A DNA stretch of 27,687 nt from an uncultured archaeon (GTDB lineage Archaea > Altiarchaeota > Altiarchaeia > IMC4 > JBDREA01), in the NCBI GenBank assembly GCA_964443985.1, contig CAYUFO010000001.1, forward strand, positions 1-27,687, written 5' to 3'. The notes beneath the pieces were generated by a model. The model was given only the letters and a program-made list of their open reading frames with translations, had not been told where the DNA came from and did no database searches. Both the position numbers and the translations under genes were made by a program. Below, piece after piece: positions 16,473-24,587 of this stretch (positions are counted from its first letter, which is position 1; each line of letters starts with the position of its first letter).

Positions 16473-17205
16473 AGAAGTCGCTCGCGTTCTTGGTCGTGAC
16501 GGCTTCGACCTCGTCGCGTGTCACCTCCTTGACGTCGGCGACGACGCCCGCGCTCTGGATGATGTTGAGGGGCGTGTTTCGGGTCTTCGGCACGGGAGCG
16601 AGGAAGGGGGCGTCTGATTCGAGGACGATGGACTCCAAGGGCAGTTCGCGGACGAGCTTCTTTTTCGGGTTGCTGTAGCACACCGACGTCGGAATCGAGA
16701 TGAGGCAGCCGAAGGAGATGGCTTTCCTGGCGAGTTCGATGGACCCCGAATAGCAATGGAGGAGGGCGGGGGCGTCGTTTTCTCTCAGGAGACGAATGGC
16801 ATCTTCTTCCGCATCCCGGGAGTGGATGACGAGGGGGAGGCCGAGCTCCTTCGATAAGGCGATGAATCCCTCGAAGCATCTTCGTTGCTCTGCGTACTTC
16901 TCCTTCTCCTTCACCCAGTAGTAGTCGAGTCCCACTTCTCCGAGGCCGACGACGTCGTTTTTGAATTTTCTCAGGAGGGCGACCGCGGCATCGAAGGACT
17001 CTTGCGTTATCTCGGCGGGGCCGCAGCCGATGCAGCAGTGGAGGTTGTCGCGGGAACGAGCGAAGTCAAGGAATGCCTCGGCGGATTGGAGGTCGACGAT
17101 GGAATCGACGACGACGATGTCTTTTTCGGCGCACTCTCGCACAATCGCCTTTCGGTCGCTTTCGAAGGAGGGGAACTCGAGGTGGGCGTGGGCGTCGACG
17201 AGCAT
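16456..17205 (-). CDS. tatD: TatD family metal-dependent nuclease/hydrolase
   Basis: True start MLVDAHAHL at 17205. GEVGLDYYW, VIHSRDA, LHCYSG and ESDAPFL: all metal ligands present. Confidence 0.95.
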   Translation of the reverse strand: MLVDAHAHLEFPSFESDRKAIVRECAEKDIVVVDSIVDLQSAEAFLDFARSRDNLHCCIGCGPAEITQESFDAAVALLRKFKNDVVGLGEVGLDYYWVKEKEKYAEQRRCFEGFIALSKELGLPLVIHSRDAEEDAIRLLRENDAPALLHCYSGSIELARKAISFGCLISIPTSVCYSNPKKKLVRELPLESIVLESDAPFLAPVPKTRNTPLNIIQSAGVVADVKEVTRDEVEAVTTKNASDFFRLGL

Positions 17206-17210
17206 CGTCG

Positions 17211-17966
17211 CTACTCTATCTGCAGCTGGTCGCCGAGCGCGACGCCGAGCGTCTTGGCGGCGTCGCCCTGGTTGATGTCGACCTCGTAGAACCCGTGGCT
17301 GCCCCGCAAGAGGATGAGCTCGCCCTTGGGTGCGTCCGAGAAGGTCTCGACGACGCGGGCGGAGAAACCCCCCGCATTCGTCGAGAGCGTCACGGCGTCT
17401 CCCGTCGCGTAGTCTCCCTGGTTGTTGAAGATGACGTTGCCGAAGCTGTCGATGTGCAGCACCTGGTTCTCCCATAGGTCGATGGACGCATAGGATTCCG
17501 TGATGACGCCGAGTTGCTCGGGACTCAAGCCCATGGACAGGAGCGCCGCGGTGGGGGCGAAGATGTCTCGGCCGTGGAAGGTCTTGCTGGCCTTGCCCCC
17601 GATGATGGGATGCATGAGGGAGACGACCTTCGCTTCGTCGATGGCGAGCGACCGGATGAGGTGCTGCTCTGAGAGGGCGAGGGTGAACAACCCGTTGTCG
17701 GGGCCGACGAACAGGCAGTGGTCGGTCTCGAAGATGACGCCCTTGCGCCCTGATCCCACGCCGGGGTCGACGACGCCGAGGTGGATGCTGCCCCGGGGGT
17801 AGTACTTCCACGCCTGGCTGAGGATGAAGTTGCCCTCGAGGATGCTTTGGGGGCTGATGTGGTGGTAGAAGTCGACGACGCGTTCCGTTGGATTGAGGCT
17901 GTGGATGACGCCCTTCATCTGGCTGACGTAGTAGCCTGTGCCGAAGTCGGTGGAGACCGTGATCAT
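17211..17966 (-). CDS. SAM hydroxide adenosyltransferase / SAM-dependent halogenase family (DUF62)
   Basis: TDFG, YVSQMKGVI, VVDPGVGSGR, VGPDNG, TFHGRDIFAP and HIDSFGN. The intact HGRD triad region favours the hydrolase over fluorinase/chlorinase. Confidence 0.93.
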   Translation of the reverse strand: MITVSTDFGTGYYVSQMKGVIHSLNPTERVVDFYHHISPQSILEGNFILSQAWKYYPRGSIHLGVVDPGVGSGRKGVIFETDHCLFVGPDNGLFTLALSEQHLIRSLAIDEAKVVSLMHPIIGGKASKTFHGRDIFAPTAALLSMGLSPEQLGVITESYASIDLWENQVLHIDSFGNVIFNNQGDYATGDAVTLSTNAGGFSARVVETFSDAPKGELILLRGSHGFYEVDINQGDAAKTLGVALGDQLQIE

Positions 17967-17970
17967 GGTG

Positions 17971-19230
17971 TCACGCCCTTTGCTGGGAGATTTTTTGCAT
18001 CACCGTGAGCGCCCGGTCGTTCATCTCGGGCGTCCCGATGCTGATGCGCGAGAAGTGTCTGCCTTCAAAGCCCGGGAATGGTGGCTGTGGGCGGATGTAG
18101 GTGTCGTCTTGTTTCATTCGTTTGAAGAGGTCCTTTGATGAGACGCCGAGGTCGGTCGTTTCGACGAGGAGGAAGTTGGTCTTGCTCGCGAGCGCCGACA
18201 CGCCGTCGATGGCGTTGAGCTCGCCGTGCATGCGCTCGCGCTCGTCGACGACTTTCCCGACGTTGTCGCGCATGTAGGCGAGGCTTTCCGGGTCGAGGGC
18301 AGCTATGCCCGCGAAGAATGCGGGGGTGTTGACGGGGAATGTGAGGTCCTGGCCGCGGACGGCGTTGAGGGCATCGGGGTTGCCGTAGAGGGCGCCGAGC
18401 CTCAGACCTGCAAGCGCGTGGACTTTCGACATGCTTCGGAGCACCATGAGATTGGGATAGTCCTCGATGAGCGTGGTGGCGTCAAAGCCGGCTTTTTCGT
18501 TGAAGGTGCCGTCCGGCCGTCGCTTGCCTGCGAACTCGTAGTAGGCTTCGTCGACGAGGGTGGGTCTGCCTTCGTCTAGGATCCTTCGCAGGTCTCCTTC
18601 ACCGAGGCGCTGTCCCGTGGGGTTGTTGGGGGAGTCGACGAGGACGAGGCAGGCGTCCATCTTGCGCATCGTCTTGACGAAGTCGTCGACCGGGAAGCTG
18701 AAGTCGTCGTTGAGGGTGACGCCGTGCTGGTCGACGCCCGCCTGCCCCGCTTCGACGGGATATTTGACGAAGCCCGGCGAGAAAAAGACCGCGGGGCCCT
18801 TGAATGTCGAATACACGAGGCGGATGGCTGCTTCGCCGCCGTTGGTGGCCATGACGTGGTCGCCCGGGACGCCGACGTAGTCGCCGAGCTTGTATTCGAG
18901 GGCCTTGATGTCGGGTTGGTAGAGGCCCGCCTTCGGGATGGCCAGCTTCAGCGCTTCCTGGATGTGGGGGCTCGGCGGATAGGGCATCTCGTTTGAGGCG
19001 AGCGAGGGGGCGAGGCCGGCAATCATCTCGGCGACGGGCGCGTCCCAGCGGACTTCTCCCTTCGCTCCGGGCACGTACTTGTAAGGATTCGATAGGACAT
19101 GGGCGCGGATGAACGACGTCATCTCGCCGGGCGTCTTGTCGCTCTCCTGTGACCGTTCCATGGGGCGTCCCATGCGCTCTTGCATGGGATGCTCGGTTGA
19201 CGTGCGGGGTATTCGTTTCTCAATCGACAT
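17971..19230 (-). CDS. hisC: Histidinol-phosphate aminotransferase (class II PLP)
   Basis: LASNEMP, TNGGEAAI, PNNPTG, VDEAYYEF and RSMSKVHALAGLRLG (PLP Lys). Start at ATG 19230 after GGAGG; downstream in-frame ATGs are alternative starts. Confidence 0.85.
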   Translation of the reverse strand: MSIEKRIPRTSTEHPMQERMGRPMERSQESDKTPGEMTSFIRAHVLSNPYKYVPGAKGEVRWDAPVAEMIAGLAPSLASNEMPYPPSPHIQEALKLAIPKAGLYQPDIKALEYKLGDYVGVPGDHVMATNGGEAAIRLVYSTFKGPAVFFSPGFVKYPVEAGQAGVDQHGVTLNDDFSFPVDDFVKTMRKMDACLVLVDSPNNPTGQRLGEGDLRRILDEGRPTLVDEAYYEFAGKRRPDGTFNEKAGFDATTLIEDYPNLMVLRSMSKVHALAGLRLGALYGNPDALNAVRGQDLTFPVNTPAFFAGIAALDPESLAYMRDNVGKVVDERERMHGELNAIDGVSALASKTNFLLVETTDLGVSSKDLFKRMKQDDTYIRPQPPFPGFEGRHFSRISIGTPEMNDRALTVMQKISQQRA

Positions 19231-19298
19231 CGGCCATCTCCTCCATGCACTGGTGTAATACAAGGGGGGCTTCAAGGATAAAAGGATGCCGGAGGGCG

Positions 19299-20030
19299 TC
19301 ACCCGGTCCCCGCCGCGAGGAGCTCCCCATAGTCGAGCTTGTTCTCGTAGAGGGCCTTGCCGATGACGACGCCCCAGGCCCCCGTCGTCCGGATGGCGGC
19401 GAGGTCGGCCTTGCTTGAGATGCCCCCCGAGACGATGACCGGCTTGTCGGTGGCGGTGACGGCCGCCTCGACGGCGGCGAGGTCGATGCCCCCCATACGG
19501 CCCTCGACGTCCACGTTGGTGGCGAGGAACCCCCAGCAGAGGCTCTGGGTGCCCTTCATGAACTCGTCGACGGCCACCGTCGAGTCCTCCTGCCAGCCGT
19601 GCAGGACTATGCGTCCCGCCCGGAAGTCGGCAGCGAACATGACGCGCTCGACGCCGAAATCGGATTTGAGGTTTTCGAGACCCTCGACGTTCTTCTCGTG
19701 GTAGAAGAGGAGGGCCCAGGTCCCGAGGATGATGCGGTCGATGTCGGTGGCGAGGAGCTCGCGGGCGTAGTCCATGCTCCTGATGCCGCCGCCGACCTGG
19801 ACGGGGACGTTCACTGCCGAGACGATGTCGAGGATGGCCTTCTTGTTGTTCTTCTCTCCCGAGCTTAGCGCGGCATCGAGGTCGATGACGTGCAGGAGCT
19901 CGGCGCCTTGGCCCTCCCACGACGTCGCGATGTCGACGGGGTCGCCGTAGTAGGAGGCCGTGGCGGGGTCGCCGCCGACGAGCTGGGCGCATTTTCCCTC
20001 ATAGATGTCGATGGCGGGGATGATGTTCAT
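19299..20030 (-). CDS. hisA: ProFAR isomerase HisA
   Basis: IIPAIDI, LHVIDLD, VQVGGGIRS, TNVDVEG and SGGISS...GVVIGKALYE. Confidence 0.95.
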   Translation of the reverse strand: MNIIPAIDIYEGKCAQLVGGDPATASYYGDPVDIATSWEGQGAELLHVIDLDAALSSGEKNNKKAILDIVSAVNVPVQVGGGIRSMDYARELLATDIDRIILGTWALLFYHEKNVEGLENLKSDFGVERVMFAADFRAGRIVLHGWQEDSTVAVDEFMKGTQSLCWGFLATNVDVEGRMGGIDLAAVEAAVTATDKPVIVSGGISSKADLAAIRTTGAWGVVIGKALYENKLDYGELLAAGTG

Positions 20031-20036
20031 GGTCGC

Positions 20037-20528
20037 TTATTGGTTGAAGAAGTCGGAGAAGACGCTCTCCCCCTCCGTGGTTTCCTCTCGGGTTTCCTCA
20101 TCCCAGGAGTAGCCTTTCTCATCTCCCTGGGTTGGCGAATCCGTCCGGTCCTGATAGTATTCGAGCGACGAATGGGTGGTGTAGCTTCGTTGGGGTCCGC
20201 CGGCCTCGAGGGCGGCGAGCCGCTGGTTGATGCGCCGCAGGTTTCGGTCGATCTCCTTGAGGTAGGCGACAACGGCCTGGACGTCCTTTTTCGTGATATG
20301 GGCCTCGTCTGCGGGGTCGTCTTGGCGCAATTCGAGGGCCGTGGGGGTGAGTCCCGCGATGTCGCCTGCGACAAGGCGTTGGTGGAGGGCTTGGATGTTT
20401 CGGCCGGCCCCCTCGACGACGCAGGCGAGCTTGTTGGGGCGGATGGTGATGACCGAGCCCGCCAGGCCGTTGGCGGCGATGGCGTCCTGGATGGCGACGG
20501 TGTGGCTATCCTCGACGTCGCCCATCAC
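20037..20528 (-). CDS. Hypothetical protein: degenerate acylphosphatase-like N-terminus, coiled coil, acidic tail
   Basis: GTG start overlapping the upstream TGA (GTGA). GDV...GLAGSV...VVEG...IQAL pattern followed by the heptads YLKEIDRNLRRINQRL. Confidence 0.6.
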   Translation of the reverse strand: MMGDVEDSHTVAIQDAIAANGLAGSVITIRPNKLACVVEGAGRNIQALHQRLVAGDIAGLTPTALELRQDDPADEAHITKKDVQAVVAYLKEIDRNLRRINQRLAALEAGGPQRSYTTHSSLEYYQDRTDSPTQGDEKGYSWDEETREETTEGESVFSDFFNQ

Positions 20529-21844
20529 GTAGAACTTTGCCGTAGCCGTCGTAATCCCTCCGCGAGGTCGGCGAGCGCCTCCGAGCTCTGGAGGACGCGG
20601 GCGCCGTCACGCATTCTGTTATAGGTCTCATCGGTTAAAAGAGCTACGAGGGATAGGTCGAGGTTCTTGCAGGCGGCAGCGAGCGCGTGATGGGAGTCGG
20701 CGTCGGGTTTGAGGTAGCAGGCTATGGTGTCGTACTCGTCCCGGTGCGCGGTGAGGTAGGCCTCGATGCGCTGCCGGGTGACCTCGCGGTAGCGTTCCCC
20801 TATCTCTGGCGTCTCGCGGCGCTCCTCCCAGTCGTAGTGGGCGAAGGGGTAGCGGGCCTCGAATTCCCGGGGTACGACGCCGGCGTTGCTGAGCATGACC
20901 TCGTGAACTTTTCCGCGCAATTCTTCTTCTTCGAGCACGCCGAGGATGGCTTGGTGCGTCTTCGAGCGCGAATAGGGTTTGGTGAATGTGCAGGGCAGGA
21001 AGAGGAGGGTTCTTTTCCCCGGCGGCGGCCGATACCATCTGGCGAGGTAGTCCTGCCAGACCTCGAAGTGTGGGTGGGTGAGGTAGGGCTCCCCGACGCC
21101 GGCGAGGGGTTCCTGCAGCTGTCTGGGGAACGTGGGCACGAACCGGAACGTCTCCTCATCGAGCAACACGTCCTCGTCATTTTTCCAGGGCGCGGTGAGC
21201 TCGCAGAACTCCTCGCGGCTGAGATAGCGCCATTCGCCCGAGAGCCACTGCCGCATGAGGGGTGTGGCGCCGTGGGGCAGCAGGTTGATGACGACGAGGT
21301 CGTCGGCGTGCCTTCGGGCGACGTCTATCGAGCCCCCCAGGCTTTCGGGGATGTCTGCGACGTAGGGTGGGTTGGCAAGCAGGTAGGCGCGCACGCGTCC
21401 GCCGGCCTCGTGGATGGCCTTCGCCGCGGACTCGAAGTCGGCGACGGTGAATCCCTTTTTCAATTTTTTCAGCACGGCGTCGTCGGCGACCTCCAATCCG
21501 ATGGCGACGGCGTATTCGAAGCCATCGAAGTCGGCCAGTTTTTCAGCCGTGACGTGCTCGGGCCGGGATTCCACGATGACGCGTCTGACGCCCTTCTTTC
21601 GCAATGCAGAAAGCAGGTATCTCCTGGATTCTGCGGGGACCTGAGCTTCGTCGAGGAAGCTGCCCGAGCCGAACACCTTGACCGTGCGAGCGTCGGCGGG
21701 GGTCGTTTCGAGGAAGGAGTCGAACTGCTCTTTTAGGGATTCATGCGTCGGCGGGTTTCCAATGAGTTTGCCGTAGCCGCAGAACGCGCATCGTGCCCAC
21801 GAGCAGCGTCCCGCCGAGAATATGAGTGTGGCGTCGCGGGCCAT
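20525..21844 (-). CDS. Fusion of a RaSEA-like radical SAM domain and an ArcS-core (DUF5591-like) domain; putative archaeosine synthase
   Basis: N-terminal C14-x4-C19-x2-C22, GSGSFLD, VESRPE and AIGLEVA (RaSEA/TIGR01210-like). C-terminal LFLPCTFTKPYSRSKTH and GVVPREFE..YPFAHYDW (ArcS core-like). Confidence 0.8.
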   Translation of the reverse strand: MARDATLIFSAGRCSWARCAFCGYGKLIGNPPTHESLKEQFDSFLETTPADARTVKVFGSGSFLDEAQVPAESRRYLLSALRKKGVRRVIVESRPEHVTAEKLADFDGFEYAVAIGLEVADDAVLKKLKKGFTVADFESAAKAIHEAGGRVRAYLLANPPYVADIPESLGGSIDVARRHADDLVVINLLPHGATPLMRQWLSGEWRYLSREEFCELTAPWKNDEDVLLDEETFRFVPTFPRQLQEPLAGVGEPYLTHPHFEVWQDYLARWYRPPPGKRTLLFLPCTFTKPYSRSKTHQAILGVLEEEELRGKVHEVMLSNAGVVPREFEARYPFAHYDWEERRETPEIGERYREVTRQRIEAYLTAHRDEYDTIACYLKPDADSHHALAAACKNLDLSLVALLTDETYNRMRDGARVLQSSEALADLAEGLRRLRQSST

Positions 21845-21854
21845 GGTGCGGGCG

Positions 21855-24587
21855 TCAGACGAGCTTCTCCTCTTCCTCGCGGATGCGGGCGAGCTCGGCT
21901 TTGATGCGGTCGACGGTCTCGCTCTTCTTCTCGGCGGCCTTGCGGGCCTTCTCGCTTATCAGTGCGAATTCGACGTCGCCGAAGAGGACGGGCTTCTTGA
22001 TGTCGATGACGCCCTCGTCGCGGAGCTCCCGCGCCCAGGTCTTCACGACGGCAGAGGAGGCGCCGAGCGCCTTGACGGCGTCCTTGAATTTCACCTTCCT
22101 CTTCTTTTGGAGGAGGTCTGCGAGGTCCTGGGCGCTCTTACGCTCTCCTTTCTCCTCCCGTTCTTCTCGTTTTTCGGCCTTGTGGAATCGGGCCTTGGAT
22201 GAGGAGTCCTTCCAGTGCTCGGGTTCGGGCGTACTGGCATCGATGCTGAGCTCCTTGTCGTCGGCGGATGTTCCCTCGCCAGCCGCCTTTGCAGGTGGTG
22301 TGTCCCCCTTTTCGAGGGATTGGGATTTTTCCCGTGAAGGCGCTTCTGATGGCGTTCTCCCTGCTTTTTTCCCACCCTTCGATGCCGGGGGTTTCTCCTC
22401 AGAGGGTGATTTCCCGGTATCGTCTTTCTGCGCGTCCTCCCCGCTTTTAGATGATGTGGCGGGGGGTGTTGGGGAGGTGGGGTGTTCCTTCTCCGGCTTT
22501 TCCTCTGACACCGGGTGGTCTGCCTGCTCTTTTCCCTTTTCTTGGGGGCGTTTCCCGTCTTCTGTTTCCTGTTCGGCAGCTGCTTTCTTTTCACTCCCGT
22601 CTTTCGTCGATAGTGCCTGGCGGTCTTCTTCAACACCTCTCTTTTGCGGCCCTGCTTCCTTTTCGTCTCTTGTCTCTTTGTCGTTGGTCGTGCTTTGCTT
22701 GGAAGAAGGCGCGTCAACCTCGCCTTTCTCAGGCCGGTGTCCTGCTTCTTTGGGCTCTTTTTTTGGTTGAGGCCCGTTTGGGGGCTCTTTTTTCGGCTTC
22801 TCCTGCTTCCCTCCTCCCAGCAGGTTCTTCAGAAATCCGCCGGCTCCTTTTTCCGGAGGTCCGTGGTCTTCTTTTTCGCGTTTCTCGTCGCCGGGCGCAG
22901 ATACTTCCTCCTTGTCGGGGGGGGAGGGTGTTCCCTCCCGAGCGTCTTCCGGCGCCGTTGCTGGGACGCTCTCGCCTTCTCTACCCTGTTCTTCATTCGG
23001 GGCCCCGGGCTCGCGCACGAGCTCCTCCTTGTCGGGGATGGAGGGCAGCTCTTCCTTGGCCGTCCCCTCGAAGACGTCGGGGGGGGGTTCCTCGGGTTCG
23101 AGCTTCTCGCCGACGAGCTCTCCGAGGTCCTTTTCGATTGACCGCAGCTCGGCCATCCGTTTCTTGAAGGTGTCTTCGAGCTCGACGCGCCCCTCGTCGA
23201 GGTCGGCGACCTCCTTTTTGATTTTCTCCTCCTCTTCCTTGAGCTCCTTTCTGATGGCCAGGAGCTCTTCCTCCTTTTCTTGGATGTGCTTCTCCCATTC
23301 GGCGAGCTCGGCTTCGTGCTTCTTGAAGCCTTCCTCCTTTTGCTTCTCCTGTTCGGCGAGTGCCGCTTCCTGTTTTTTCCGCTCCTCTTCGAGGCGGCGG
23401 CGCTGCTCTTCCTCGCGCTTTTTGAGGTCCTCCTGCTTGCGCTTGAGGTCGGTTTCGAGCTGCCTTCGGCGCTGCTCGTCGGCTGCCTTTTTCTTCTCGA
23501 GGTCCTTTTCCTTTTGGGCTATCTGTTTTTCTTCGGCGTCGAGTTCGGCTTTCTTCTCCTCGTAGATCTTTTCGATGTGTTCTTCTTTTTCCGTGAGGTC
23601 TTCTTGCTCCTTGCCGAGCTCTGTGAGGTAGCCTTCGAGCTCTTGTTTGGCCTTGATGCGTTCGGCGCGTTCGGCTTCGAGCTCTTTTTTGAGCTCGGCG
23701 AGGTCTTCTCCCCCCTCTTCTCGCTTCTCGAGCTCTTCGAGCCTCTTTTCGACGTCGAGGCGTTTTTCATGCTCTTCGTCGAGGCGTTTTTGGAGGTCGG
23801 CGACGACCTTGTCCTCGGATAGTCCGCCGTCGGCGACGAGCTCCTTCTCGTGTTCTTCGAGGGACTTGACCTTCTCTTCTAGCTCGGTGAGGCGTTCGTG
23901 CTCTTTTTTCAGCTCGGCTTCCTTCTCCTGGAGCTCGGTCTTCTCCTTTTCGAGCTCTTCTGCGGCATTCTTGCGCTCCTCGCGCTCGGCGATGAGCTTC
24001 TCCTGGAGCTCTTGGAGGTCCTTCTGGTCGCCGATGCCCGCGCTTCGTATCTTCTCCTTGAGCTCCTCGATTTCTTTTTGGAGGGCCTGCATGCGCTCGT
24101 GCTCCTTTTTGACCTCGACGTCCTTGTCGACGACCTTGTCCTTCCACTTCTTGAGCTCCTCTTCGAGCTCCTCGCGCTTCTTTCGCTCGAATTCGAGCTC
24201 CTCCTCCTTGAGGTGGAGCTTTTCGGCGGCGAGGCTCTGGGCCGCGCCCGTGGATGCGCCCCCGCCCCGGGACGGAGCTGCCACCTTCTTCTTCATGGAT
24301 TCGAGCTTGCGCATGAAGCTTCGAGTGGGGCTCAGGGTGGGGTTGCGGTCGTCGGGGTTGTCGATGTCGATGAGGCCTTTCTTGGCGAGCTGGCGGCTCC
24401 AGCTTCGCATGATGCCGAGCTCGACCCCGAGGATGTTGGCGGCGTCGGTGACGGTTATCTCGCCGACGCGGGCGATGAGCTTGAGAAGGTCTTTGGGTCC
24501 CGAGTCCCTGCCGTCACCGCTCCCAGAGAGGTGCTGGACATCCAGGGTCGGCGGGGGGCCGCGGGGGTTGGTGGGCATCGGGGACAT
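21855..24587 (-). CDS. 910-aa protein: N-terminal wHTH, long Glu/Lys coiled coil, disordered linker, C-terminal wHTH
   Basis: ITVTDAANILGV...SWSRQLAKKGLIDI and VKFKDAVKALGA...TWARELRDEGVIDI. About 350 aa of heptad-rich E/K sequence. No Walker A motif seen. Confidence 0.8.
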   Translation of the reverse strand: MSPMPTNPRGPPPTLDVQHLSGSGDGRDSGPKDLLKLIARVGEITVTDAANILGVELGIMRSWSRQLAKKGLIDIDNPDDRNPTLSPTRSFMRKLESMKKKVAAPSRGGGASTGAAQSLAAEKLHLKEEELEFERKKREELEEELKKWKDKVVDKDVEVKKEHERMQALQKEIEELKEKIRSAGIGDQKDLQELQEKLIAEREERKNAAEELEKEKTELQEKEAELKKEHERLTELEEKVKSLEEHEKELVADGGLSEDKVVADLQKRLDEEHEKRLDVEKRLEELEKREEGGEDLAELKKELEAERAERIKAKQELEGYLTELGKEQEDLTEKEEHIEKIYEEKKAELDAEEKQIAQKEKDLEKKKAADEQRRRQLETDLKRKQEDLKKREEEQRRRLEEERKKQEAALAEQEKQKEEGFKKHEAELAEWEKHIQEKEEELLAIRKELKEEEEKIKKEVADLDEGRVELEDTFKKRMAELRSIEKDLGELVGEKLEPEEPPPDVFEGTAKEELPSIPDKEELVREPGAPNEEQGREGESVPATAPEDAREGTPSPPDKEEVSAPGDEKREKEDHGPPEKGAGGFLKNLLGGGKQEKPKKEPPNGPQPKKEPKEAGHRPEKGEVDAPSSKQSTTNDKETRDEKEAGPQKRGVEEDRQALSTKDGSEKKAAAEQETEDGKRPQEKGKEQADHPVSEEKPEKEHPTSPTPPATSSKSGEDAQKDDTGKSPSEEKPPASKGGKKAGRTPSEAPSREKSQSLEKGDTPPAKAAGEGTSADDKELSIDASTPEPEHWKDSSSKARFHKAEKREEREEKGERKSAQDLADLLQKKRKVKFKDAVKALGASSAVVKTWARELRDEGVIDIKKPVLFGDVEFALISEKARKAAEKKSETVDRIKAELARIREEEEKLV

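Noticed and set aside
17206-17811. 451-aa TatD ORF with Arg-rich N-terminus
   Set aside because: The extension is an alternative frame of the DUF62 gene. TatD starts at 17205.
17211-17966. Fluorinase/chlorinase (halogenase) call
   Set aside because: The sequence keeps the HGRD/Asp-Arg-His features of the hydroxide adenosyltransferase branch and lacks the long fluorinase-specific loop as far as I can see.
19231-19992. 673-aa HisC ORF suggesting a HisA-HisC or other fusion
   Set aside because: The extension is an Arg-rich off-frame reading of hisA, which has its own stop at 19299.
21855-24587. SMC/Rad50 or chromosome-segregation ATPase call for the coiled-coil protein
   Set aside because: No Walker A/B, signature motif, hinge or zinc hook is visible.
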